Virus record (IMG/VR): IMGVR_UViG_3300032226_000676
Span: 1 to 35,206 of that record
Direction: 5' to 3' (one strand)
From: a virus
Lineage: Duplodnaviria; Caudoviricetes
DNA: 35,206 nucleotides
The notes beneath the pieces are model-generated. The model was not told where the DNA came from. It did no database searches and saw nothing but the letters and a program-made list of their open reading frames with translations. The stretch's first letter is position 1; every line of letters starts with the position of its first letter. This document shows, piece after piece, positions 28,136 through 35,206 of this stretch. The position numbers and the translations under genes were made by a program.

Positions 28136-28165
28136 GACACGACCCGCCTCGCGGCGGGTCGCGTC
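28136..28165. terminator. Hairpin between convergent late and early operons (possible bidirectional terminator)
   Basis: GACACGACCCGCC-TCGC-GGCGGGTCGCGTC; weak U-tails on both strands. Confidence 0.65.
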
Positions 28166-28643
28166 ATATGGTCTGGCTGCGGGGAGATGAGGTTGAGGAC
28201 GCAGCCAGCAGCACACCAATCGCCTCATTGGGCGCACCGGCCGCCGCTCCGTCCCTGAGCCGCGCGACCGCCGCTTGCATCGTAGGGAGTTCGTCCCGCT
28301 CGCAAGCCATGAGCAGGATTCCGTTTTCGCCCCACAACGGATGGTGGATCTCCGGGAGGACGTGGTGCTCGGTGATCGCGGAGTCATCCGACCACCATCC
28401 TGCGTCCGTCACCCCGTCAAAGGCGGGTTTAAGCGCCGCCAGGACATTGTCGAGGTCGCGACGCCTCTTGACCGCCGTCAGGGGGAGAAGGGCGCAGACG
28501 GGATTCTGGAGCCGTTTCTGACCAAGCCCGAGATATCGGGCTAGTTCGCGGTACTTCCTGACAGCCCGGTGCTTGACCATGTAGTGGACCCGCCCATTGG
28601 GGGAGAGGGCGGCGTCCGGCCATCGAATCCTAATCGCGTTCAC
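28164..28643 (-). CDS. rusA: RusA-like Holliday junction resolvase
   Basis: WPDAALSPN N-terminus and RRRDLDNVLAALKPAFDGVTDAGWWSDD catalytic motif. Confidence 0.8.
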   Translation of the reverse strand: MNAIRIRWPDAALSPNGRVHYMVKHRAVRKYRELARYLGLGQKRLQNPVCALLPLTAVKRRRDLDNVLAALKPAFDGVTDAGWWSDDSAITEHHVLPEIHHPLWGENGILLMACERDELPTMQAAVARLRDGAAAGAPNEAIGVLLAASSTSSPRSQTI

Positions 28644-30772
28644 AGCCGCCCCTCCTCGAGCGCCTTGATGCGCTCACCGATCCACCTCATGCACGGCACG
28701 GCCATGCTGTTTCCGAGCGCCTTGTACCGGGGGCCGTCGGCGGCCGGCTTGCCCTTGTGGGGTACGGCCGTCCAGCCATCGGGGAATCCCTGGAGCCGCT
28801 CGCACTCGACGGGCAGTAGTCGGCGTACCACCATCGCATCCCGAATCCCGTGTTGGATGTTCGATGTGTCATTTGGAACTTGCGATGTCAGTGTTGGGTA
28901 CACAGGTCGTTCCCATGCGAACGAATTGGATTGCTCGCTGCATGTAAACGCGATCGGAGCGCAGACTGCCGGCTTGTTGTTCCCTCCGCCGCCTGCCTCA
29001 AGCGTCGGAGCGCAGTCGAACGAAACCCCATCGCTCCGAGCGGCTGCGGATTGCCCTGGCTTGAACGCGATCGCCGGCGGGTTCGACCCGCCATGCCCAC
29101 CGAGTTTGAGGCATGGAGAGCATCCGTCCTCCCGCACATCCGGCGCGGACATGTTGCTCGAGAAGGCGACGACCTCTTGGATGCCACCCTGTCCACCGCG
29201 CCGCAGAGTTCCGATGCCATCGTTGACGGCGTTCATCTCGCTGTTGAGGCCGATGCAGACCGACTGCGCGCCAGTGGTGTCGAGCGTGTAGGCAGGGTCG
29301 GCATCCGCTCCGACGCCGAAGCCGTTCTGTCCCTTCTCCATGCCGCGACCATCCTGGATCGGGATCGCGACCGCATGGACGCACGCCGTCGTGACGGTGT
29401 GGGCTGGATCTCCGGGCTCACCGATGCCGACTCCCTGTCGGTTCACTTCGTCGAACTTCTCCGGGTCGCGGAGCGCGTTCCTCCCGTCGATCGGGATCGC
29501 CACGCCGTGGACATCGCCACGGGTCAGCGTGTACATCGTGTCCTCCGTCGAGCAGCCCACGCCCTGCGGGCCGCCGGCATCGCGGCCGATGAGGTTGCCT
29601 TGGATCGCGACCGCGTGCGGACCACGGGCGATCACGGTCGGCACCGAGTCGGACTCACCGATGAACGACTGGTACTGCGCGTTCACGCCCTGGTTGAATG
29701 CGCTGCGCTCAATGACGATCGTCTCGGATCCATCGCCGCACGTCCCTCCCTTGCGCCGCAACGTGCCGCCGACATCCTCAGCCCGGTACTGCGCGAACTG
29801 GGATTCCACCATCGGGATGAACTGCCCGTTGGAGAAGCCGGCAGTACCGAACTTGGTGTGGACGGTTCCCATCGTGTGGCCGACCATTGGGATGAAGTGG
29901 CCGTTGTCAACGGACTGATTGCAGAATCCTGCGCCGCCGGCCTTGGTGTCGATCGTTGCCATCGTGTCACCGACGATGGGGATGAGATGACCGGACACAG
30001 CGTGCTGCACCTGGAGTTTGTCGCCGCCGCATGAGCAGTCGAGCGTTCCTACCGAGTCGAGGACGGCGAGAAAATTATCCTTGTCAGGCATCCGCTGGTC
30101 GCACCCCTTGCGGGTGATGGTCGATGCTACATCGCCCCCGTCCCACCATTGGCCACCCTCTCGAGCGCGATCCGAAGCGCCTCGGGGAGAACCTTGCCGC
30201 GACGATTCGCCCTCCGCAGGATTCCCGCGCAGGCCTTCTGGCTCAAGTAGAACCTTTGCGGCACTCTTCCAGTCACCAGAACTTCGCGCAACGAGGAAGA
30301 CACGGCGCCGGCGCTGGGGTACTCCGAAGTGGCGAGCGTCGAGGATTCGGTAGGCCCACCCGTACCCGAGTTCCTCCAGGCCCCCGAGGAAGGCTCCAAA
30401 CGCCCGTCCTCCATCCGCCGACAGGACACCGGGAACGTTTTCCCAGACGATCCACCGAGGCCGCAGGCGCGCAGCCAGCTGGAGGTAGACGAGGGTGAGT
30501 TGACCTCGGGGATCGTCGAGTCCCCGGCGGAGTCCTGCGACACTGAAGGCTTGGCAGGGGGATCCTCCGACCAGAAGGTCAACTGCTCCGGGTTCGAGTC
30601 CCCACGATTCGTGCTTGGTGATGTCGCCATAGTTGGTCACTCCTGGGAAACGATGCGCGAGCACGCTGCTCGCGAACGGGTCGATCTCGCTGAAGCCGGC
30701 GGGAGTCCATCCGAGCGGCTCCCATGCCACGGACGCGGCCTCGATGCCGCTGAATGTGCTGAGGTACTTCAC
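28640..30772 (-). CDS. DNA (cytosine-5)-methyltransferase with greatly expanded multi-cassette variable region
   Basis: Motif I FSGIEA, IV GGSPCQ, VI WENVPG, VIII PQRRRRVF, IX RRLLPVECERLQGFPD, X RYKALGNSM; about 430 aa repeat-like insert between VIII and IX. Confidence 0.93.
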   Translation of the reverse strand: MKYLSTFSGIEAASVAWEPLGWTPAGFSEIDPFASSVLAHRFPGVTNYGDITKHESWGLEPGAVDLLVGGSPCQAFSVAGLRRGLDDPRGQLTLVYLQLAARLRPRWIVWENVPGVLSADGGRAFGAFLGGLEELGYGWAYRILDARHFGVPQRRRRVFLVARSSGDWKSAAKVLLEPEGLRGNPAEGESSRQGSPRGASDRAREGGQWWDGGDVASTITRKGCDQRMPDKDNFLAVLDSVGTLDCSCGGDKLQVQHAVSGHLIPIVGDTMATIDTKAGGAGFCNQSVDNGHFIPMVGHTMGTVHTKFGTAGFSNGQFIPMVESQFAQYRAEDVGGTLRRKGGTCGDGSETIVIERSAFNQGVNAQYQSFIGESDSVPTVIARGPHAVAIQGNLIGRDAGGPQGVGCSTEDTMYTLTRGDVHGVAIPIDGRNALRDPEKFDEVNRQGVGIGEPGDPAHTVTTACVHAVAIPIQDGRGMEKGQNGFGVGADADPAYTLDTTGAQSVCIGLNSEMNAVNDGIGTLRRGGQGGIQEVVAFSSNMSAPDVREDGCSPCLKLGGHGGSNPPAIAFKPGQSAAARSDGVSFDCAPTLEAGGGGNNKPAVCAPIAFTCSEQSNSFAWERPVYPTLTSQVPNDTSNIQHGIRDAMVVRRLLPVECERLQGFPDGWTAVPHKGKPAADGPRYKALGNSMAVPCMRWIGERIKALEEGRL
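30127..30630 (-). CDS. Nested out-of-frame ORF in the MTase gene, putative EcoHK31I-type beta polypeptide
   Basis: 167 aa, same strand, alternative frame; C-terminus SLREVLVTGRVPQRFYLSQKACAGILRRANRRGKVLPEALRIAL looks like a genuine MTase-associated motif, not shadow sequence. Confidence 0.65.
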   Translation of the reverse strand: MATSPSTNRGDSNPEQLTFWSEDPPAKPSVSQDSAGDSTIPEVNSPSSTSSWLRACGLGGSSGKTFPVSCRRMEDGRLEPSSGAWRNSGTGGPTESSTLATSEYPSAGAVSSSLREVLVTGRVPQRFYLSQKACAGILRRANRRGKVLPEALRIALERVANGGTGAM

Positions 30773-31311
30773 GTCGCCCTCCTGTGAGCGCGGATGAACG
30801 CGCGGTTTCGTTCGGTCGCATCGTCAGTCTCGTCACCCGACGCGAGGCGAGGCAAGCCCCCCGGCAAAGGGGGCGCGGCCTCGCGGTCGCTGGTCGTGAT
30901 AACCACGGTGGACTTCCCTTTTGTGGTTGTGGTTGTGGCATGGCATCGACTTGTCATGGCTTTGCCATTGGCTTTGCCATTCCATCTCGAGGCCGCTCCC
31001 CTTCGTCCCGCCTCGGCTCGCTCGTCCGCAAGTACCTGGCGCTTGGCGCGTTCCGCTTCAAGCCGGCGCTGCGACAATCCGGGAGTCCCGTCATCACGGG
31101 TGCAGGAATCGAAGCGCGCGCTGATGCGCCGCCACACCGATTTTTTGCACGAAGCGATGCGGCAGATCACCGTCTCATCGATCGGGATCGGGCCCCGCGT
31201 CCAGATGTGGCAGAGCAGTCGGAGGTAGGCTCCGAGTTCCTCGCATGACATGTCGGCGGTGCTCGCGATCATGTCATCACAGTACAACGGCATCCACGGC
31301 GTCCGCCTCAT
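30769..31311 (-). CDS. YdaU/DUF1376-family replication protein
   Basis: PWMPLYCDDMIASTADMSCEELGAYLRLLCHIW...L.QRRL..ER...AGRRGA.SRW family pattern. Confidence 0.8.
   Translation of the reverse strand: MRRTPWMPLYCDDMIASTADMSCEELGAYLRLLCHIWTRGPIPIDETVICRIASCKKSVWRRISARFDSCTRDDGTPGLSQRRLEAERAKRQVLADERAEAGRRGAASRWNGKANGKAMTSRCHATTTTTKGKSTVVITTSDREAAPPLPGGLPRLASGDETDDATERNRAFIRAHRRAT
30921..30980. repeat. Iteron-like repeats inside the replication gene (candidate origin)
   Basis: TGGCTTTGCCAT x2 in tandem (30957-30980) and TTGTGG x3 (30921-30938). Confidence 0.5.
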
Positions 31312-31615
31312 TCCTCAACCTCCCATCGACCAGCCGCAGCCAGCCGTATCGGTCTTGCCACGGCATCCTCTGCCAGGCCTCGAGGTGGTTCATCGCGGTC
31401 GAATGCGAGCATCCGACCGCAGCGCCGAGTTCGGGATAGGACGGTCGGATCACCGGGATCTCCCAGCCGATGCCGACCATGAGCATCTCGCGCTGCCGGC
31501 GCAGGACGCCGTAGTTCGCTTGATCCTCCGATGGTTCCGAGATGAGCGAATCGACGGCGTCTACGACGCGACGGAGTGAGTGATTAGTCGGTGCATGTGC
31601 ATGGGATGATGTCAT
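31277..31615 (-). CDS. HTH DNA-binding protein (DnaA domain IV-like helix motif)
   Basis: GAGGAGG SD before ATG 31615; SYPELGAAVGCSHSTAM resembles SLPEIG..F..DHTTV. Confidence 0.55.
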   Translation of the reverse strand: MTSSHAHAPTNHSLRRVVDAVDSLISEPSEDQANYGVLRRQREMLMVGIGWEIPVIRPSYPELGAAVGCSHSTAMNHLEAWQRMPWQDRYGWLRLVDGRLRNEADAVDAVVL

Positions 31616-32390
31616 CGTCACCCTCCTCTCCGAACAACTGGGGCTGGATCCTGATCTGCACGAGCATCTGGCCGAATGACGGCATGTCTTTCCGGAACTT
31701 CGCGCCGATCGCTTTCTCCTGGTCGATCCACCACTGCGCTAGGTTGGGATCGTGACGGATGACGCGCTCGAGGATGCCCCGACCCTTGAGGAAGCACAGG
31801 TCGCAGTTTCCGAATGCACGGTCGTCGTTGGGGAGGCGCAGGTCGAAGGGCTGCGATTTCCAGAACGCCATCACGTCGGCGAGCGTGTGACCGTGTCGGT
31901 GCATCGGGCAGTCGTAGGTGAAGCCGTTGCGCTCATCACCCTGCACCCGATGGACTCGGCGAGGCTCATCCGCGCGCAGCCCAACGAGCATCGTGGCATC
32001 CGTGACACCGATGGACTTGGCGTACATGGCGATCGCCTTGACCTTGAGTTCCTCGGTGCAGAACCGAGTGATCGGGTTCGGAAGGTAGTTCTTTGCACGG
32101 ATCAGCCGGGCGAACGGCTCGCCGGCTCGAGACGCGCTCGCGCTCGTCACGACCTCAAACCCAGGGTCCTCGCGATACCTGCGCTCAACCCAGGTGATCG
32201 GGACTCCCCACCGCTGGGAAACCTCGTCTACGAATTCGAGCGTCGCCGGGTGTTCCTTCCCGGTGTTGGCGAACACGACGTGGCATCCAGCCGGCAATCC
32301 GACTCCGTCGAGTACCTGTCTCAGCATGAATGCCGATGTCCTCCCGCCTGAGAACGAGATGACGTATGGCAGATCGATGTCGCTGTACAT
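31584..32390 (-). CDS. Phosphoadenosine phosphosulfate (PAPS) reductase-family protein
   Basis: PP-loop ISFSGGRTS, FANTGKEH, RFCTEELK, GLRADEPRR, GNCDLCFLK, C-terminal CTCTD; start at 32390 preferred because the longer extension runs through hairpins. Confidence 0.85.
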   Translation of the reverse strand: MYSDIDLPYVISFSGGRTSAFMLRQVLDGVGLPAGCHVVFANTGKEHPATLEFVDEVSQRWGVPITWVERRYREDPGFEVVTSASASRAGEPFARLIRAKNYLPNPITRFCTEELKVKAIAMYAKSIGVTDATMLVGLRADEPRRVHRVQGDERNGFTYDCPMHRHGHTLADVMAFWKSQPFDLRLPNDDRAFGNCDLCFLKGRGILERVIRHDPNLAQWWIDQEKAIGAKFRKDMPSFGQMLVQIRIQPQLFGEEGDDDIIPCTCTD

Positions 32391-32406
32391 GTGTGCTTTC
32401 AAGGTT

Positions 32407-32455
32407 GCCCCCTGGCCCGGGTAGTCAGGCCAGGGGGTGGCGGCAACACGCCGCC
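32407..32455 (-). promoter_or_regulatory. Tandem hairpins in the leader of the PAPS-reductase-family gene
   Basis: CCCCCTGGCC/GGCCAGGGGG (32408-32437) and GGCGGC/GCCGCC (32439-32455). Confidence 0.5.
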
Positions 32456-32466
32456 GTTTGTGTGGT

Positions 32467-32574
32467 TCAACGCTCGTCATCGGCGCGATGCTCAACCATG
32501 TAGAGCGCGCCGAACACCCAGCCGAGCACGAACGATGGCACTACGATCAGGATCGCGATGAGGATGAGCGTCAC
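32467..32574 (-). CDS. Small single-TM membrane protein (35 aa, MTLILIAILIVVPSFVLGWVFGALYMVEHRADDER); not in ORF track
   Basis: GTGA overlap with the upstream wHTH stop; strongly hydrophobic with charged tail. Confidence 0.6.
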   Translation of the reverse strand: MTLILIAILIVVPSFVLGWVFGALYMVEHRADDER

Positions 32575-32969
32575 GGCTCACCCCGCAGGATCCGCGCGAT
32601 CACGGCCGGCGGGAACTTGAAGTCGATCGCAGAGAGCGCCTTGTTGATTCGCTCCTCGAGCATCGCACGGGTCGGCCGGTCATCCGCGATCGGAACCGGG
32701 CGCTGCGTCGGAAGCCACACCGCAGCCGACCGACCGTTGCGAGTCATTGCGCGGATGCCGACATCCTCGACGAAGCCCGCCCGCATGAGGCGGTTGACTG
32801 CGCTCGAGCACGTGCTGTGGCTCATCTCGAGATCGTGCATCAGTTCGTCCACGCACCGAGGCCGCTCCCGAAGCGCGGCGAGGATCGTTCCCGCCGCCCC
32901 TTTCGGAGCGGCGGCGAACGCCGCATCGGATGTGTCGAGCCGAGTGCTCAGGCGCTCGGTCGCCCTCAT
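32571..32969 (-). CDS. Winged-helix DNA-binding protein (132 aa)
   Basis: ILAALRERPRCVDELMHDLEMSHSTCSSAVNRLMRAGFVEDVG..TRNGRSAAVW; ATGA-coupled start at 32969. Confidence 0.75.
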   Translation of the reverse strand: MRATERLSTRLDTSDAAFAAAPKGAAGTILAALRERPRCVDELMHDLEMSHSTCSSAVNRLMRAGFVEDVGIRAMTRNGRSAAVWLPTQRPVPIADDRPTRAMLEERINKALSAIDFKFPPAVIARILRGEP

Positions 32970-33847
32970 TCGCTCACCCCCTGGACCGACAGGATGAGCG
33001 TGCGGTTTCCACGCCGCTGCACCTCGCACCGGGCGATGATGCCCGACTCTCGGCAGTCGCTCAGGTCGGCAACGAGGAGCGGGTCGATGCAAGCGAGGAT
33101 CGCGCCCGTGCGGGTCGTGATCTTCCACACCGGGCCGCTCTTCCCCTTGTGCTCCTCGATCTCGACCACGTCGAGGTTGAGCCAGCCATCGGGGGGAACC
33201 TCGGGACTGGACGGAGAAGCCGGCGCAGGGGTCGGGTCGAACAACTGCTCGCGCTCCTGCGGGGTCGGCGCGGGCTCAGGCGACCGCTTCGGAGGCTCGG
33301 CAGCTGGCAGCGCGGCCGCCGACGCCACGATCCGATCCGCAGCCCTGGGGGCGGAAGCGATGCCGTCGATGCGCGCGCCCGGGATGCCATCGATCTCCGA
33401 CTCATCGAGGATGCCCAGACCGCAGAGCGCGAGCGTCACGCGGCGGCGGCTCTTGGTTTCTGCCTTCATCAGCGCGTTGGCCTTCGCCTCGCCGCGCAGC
33501 CCGGCGATGCTCACGGCTCCGATGCTCGAGTCGGTGCGCCCACTCTTGTCGGTCGCTTCGGCCGTCACCACCATGAGGTCATCCATGACCTCGCGCCCGG
33601 TGATACGGATGCTCACGCCGTGGATCTTCCGCAACTGGTCGGTGCAATCCTTGCGCGCGTACAACTGGAGTTTGCCGTTCAGCACGATGAACTCGAACGG
33701 CCGGGTGAGCGGGTTCAGACCGAGGCTGTCGCACACGGCCTTGTAGTACTGGTTGCGCTGCTCCGGGCTGAGGCGCGCGAGGTCGCCCATCACCAGCACC
33801 TGCTCGATGATGGCCATGGCTTCGTTCTTGGTCGTAGCGATACTCAT
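32966..33847 (-). CDS. Single-strand annealing protein (RecT/Redbeta-like)
   Basis: GDLARLSPEQ...CDSLGLNPL...KLQLY...NALMKAETKSRRR pattern, Pro-rich linker; adjacent to exonuclease. Confidence 0.75.
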   Translation of the reverse strand: MSIATTKNEAMAIIEQVLVMGDLARLSPEQRNQYYKAVCDSLGLNPLTRPFEFIVLNGKLQLYARKDCTDQLRKIHGVSIRITGREVMDDLMVVTAEATDKSGRTDSSIGAVSIAGLRGEAKANALMKAETKSRRRVTLALCGLGILDESEIDGIPGARIDGIASAPRAADRIVASAAALPAAEPPKRSPEPAPTPQEREQLFDPTPAPASPSSPEVPPDGWLNLDVVEIEEHKGKSGPVWKITTRTGAILACIDPLLVADLSDCRESGIIARCEVQRRGNRTLILSVQGVSE

Positions 33848-34680
33848 GTCAGTTTCCTTTCCTGGGCGGTGAGCCACCACGCCGGCGGCTCGAGGTTCTC
33901 AATGGTCGTGGGGTAGCCGCTGCGGTCGCCCTCGAGGACGCGCCACCATGTGGCGGCGAGGCGGTCGAGGTGCGCGTCGGCGGCGGTGAGAGTGACTGCG
34001 GGGATGCGGTACACCGCGCAGAGGTGCGGGGGTTCCTTCTCCACGGCGATGATGATGAAGTCGTCGACGGGCGCGAGCGCCTGTGAGACGAGGCGCGAGT
34101 ACCACGCGGCTTGATGATAGTAGCCGAAGGTTGCGGCGCTCCGAGCGAACTCACCGGGCGCGGCGCTCTGCGTGGTCTTGATGTCCACGATGATCGACGC
34201 GCCGGCGAGGGTGATGATCCCGTCTGCCTTGGCCTTCGCGGGTCGGCCGCCGATCTCACCGATGACCGTCACCTCGCGGTGGCTCAGGGTGTTCAGCAAG
34301 CTGGCTGCGCTGGGGTTGCACCGCACGCTGTGCGCCATCGCCTCGGCGAGCGCGACCTGATCATCGGTGATGGCGCGAGCACCGGACAGGGCGAGCCGTC
34401 GCTGCACCGATTCCCATTCCGCCTTGCCTTCCTTGGTGCGGCGGTCGATCTTCCCGGTGCGGATGAACCCGTCGTCGATCGAGTTGGGGTCGAGCAGCAG
34501 CGCGTGGCAGTAAGCGCCGACCGCGAACGCATCGTTCTCCTCGCGCGGGTTCTCGCGCTGGTGAGCGAGGTGGGCGGGGGTTCCCTCGAGCAGCACCTTG
34601 GTTTCGCTGCTCGAGGGGAGGGGGAGCGCGAAGTACTCGCGATCCGGTAGCCTGTGAAGGCCGTGGCTTGGTACACTCAT
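33844..34680 (-). CDS. RecE/exonuclease VIII-like PD-(D/E)XK nuclease (DUF3799-like)
   Basis: G.YCHALLL.P, DRRTKEGK, KAKADG..IVDIKTT, YYHQAAWY, FIIIAVEKEPPH motifs. Confidence 0.85.
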   Translation of the reverse strand: MSVPSHGLHRLPDREYFALPLPSSSETKVLLEGTPAHLAHQRENPREENDAFAVGAYCHALLLDPNSIDDGFIRTGKIDRRTKEGKAEWESVQRRLALSGARAITDDQVALAEAMAHSVRCNPSAASLLNTLSHREVTVIGEIGGRPAKAKADGIITLAGASIIVDIKTTQSAAPGEFARSAATFGYYHQAAWYSRLVSQALAPVDDFIIIAVEKEPPHLCAVYRIPAVTLTAADAHLDRLAATWWRVLEGDRSGYPTTIENLEPPAWWLTAQERKLT

Positions 34681-34697
34681 GGCGTCGGTTTCCTTGT

Positions 34698-34734
34698 GAC
34701 GGCATCCGTTTGGTCGCGGATGCCGTCTTTCTTT
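34698..34734 (+). terminator. Perfect 11-bp hairpin with U-tract on the + strand, antisense to flanking genes
   Basis: GACGGCATCCG-N8-CGGATGCCGTC followed by TTTCTTT. Confidence 0.6.
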
Positions 34735-34736
34735 GG

Positions 34737-35045
34737 TTACTCCCCGGCGACCTCGGGGACGGTGGTGGTGGGAATCGGATCCTGCTCGGCTCCGTAGCGG
34801 CCGCGCCGCAACTGGATCGGCTTCGGGTCGTTGCGGCGCTCCTCGATCGCGGAGCGCAGACCGGGCTTACCCTGGAGGTACGCATCGATCAGCAGTTCGA
34901 TGGTCGCGCTGCGCGAGCGCCGACCGAGCAGGCACAGTGCATCCAGCCGCCACTTGGTGCGGCCGTTGATGCAGATGGTTTCGTGCTGGCGCGGCTTGTG
35001 CCGCAGCCCCGGGATAGGGTCGATGGTGGGTTCGGTATCAGACAT
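34737..35045 (-). CDS. Ribbon-helix-helix DNA-binding protein (102 aa)
   Basis: HETICINGRTKWRLDALCLLGRRSRSATIELLIDAYL fits the strand-helix-helix pattern; AGGA SD. Confidence 0.65.
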   Translation of the reverse strand: MSDTEPTIDPIPGLRHKPRQHETICINGRTKWRLDALCLLGRRSRSATIELLIDAYLQGKPGLRSAIEERRNDPKPIQLRRGRYGAEQDPIPTTTVPEVAGE

Positions 35046-35129
35046 ATGGTGGTTCCTGACGCGGCGCGCGGGGAGGGAAGCGGGTGCTCGACCCTCCCCG
35101 CGCACTCGCGGAATGGTTGCGGTCGGAGG

Positions 35130-35157
35130 ATGATATCAGCAATCTGCTGACTGTCAA
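35130..35157 (-). promoter_or_regulatory. Sigma70-type early promoter with palindromic operator in the spacer
   Basis: TTGACA-N16-TATCAT with extended -10 TGn; spacer contains TCAGCA-N3-TGCTGA (35136-35150). Confidence 0.7.
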
Positions 35158-35206
35158 TGGCGCGGAGGCCACAACTTATCGATGACGGTCAGCCGAGGCT
35201 GCGCGA

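Noticed and set aside
28850-30150. Intein or CRISPR-like array as explanation for the MTase insert
   Set aside because: No intein C/S...HN termini or LAGLIDADG motifs; repeats are degenerate, in frame and irregularly spaced
29075-30605. GGTTCGA T-loop-like strings (about 29080 and 30591) as possible tRNAs
   Set aside because: No acceptor, D or anticodon arms; both lie inside the MTase coding region
32391-32495. N-terminal extension of the PAPS-reductase ORF, and similar long starts for 2729, 4041, 7370, 10829, 12787, 15965 and 33128
   Set aside because: Downstream starts have better SD sequences or stop-start coupling, and the extensions overlap other genes or hairpins
1-35206. Frequent CTCGAG/TCGA/GATC words as a HIP-like repeat system
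   Set aside because: Plausibly explained by preferred codons (CTC-GAG, ATC, TCG, GAT); cannot be shown enriched without a codon-aware Markov test
1-35206. Host assignment and lifestyle call
   Set aside because: No integrase, host genes or att site in the window; only a GC-rich diderm host is weakly suggested by the lipoprotein

Overview
A ~35 kb, GC-rich segment of a tailed dsDNA phage, probably podovirus-like because no tape measure or sheath gene is seen. The + strand (86-28034) is one tightly coupled late block: terminase large subunit; a cluster of tiny Lys/Arg/Gly-rich proteins, an HNH nuclease and two tandem beta-rich paralogues; portal, scaffold, major capsid, decoration protein and adaptor; holin/spanin-like membrane genes with no visible endolysin; an Mtd_N-type tail fibre, nozzle and ejection proteins; and a 3.4-kaa polyvalent protein. 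The - strand (28164-35045) is a convergent early/replication block: RHH and wHTH regulators, a RecE/RecT-like pair, a PAPS-reductase-family protein, a DUF1376/YdaU-like replication protein, a 710-aa C5 DNA methyltransferase and a RusA-like resolvase. Four features stand out. (1) The methyltransferase carries about 13 tandem TRD-like cassettes plus a nested out-of-frame ORF resembling an EcoHK31I-type beta subunit. (2) The giant protein is built of effector-like modules delimited by a repeated [FYML]-S-[MLI]-R-[PR] motif downstream of a HExxH zincin motif. (3) A candidate structured small RNA lies between the convergent operons. (4) There is a sharp C/A-to-G/T skew flip at the start of terL. 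All family assignments are by motif recognition by eye; no searches were run.
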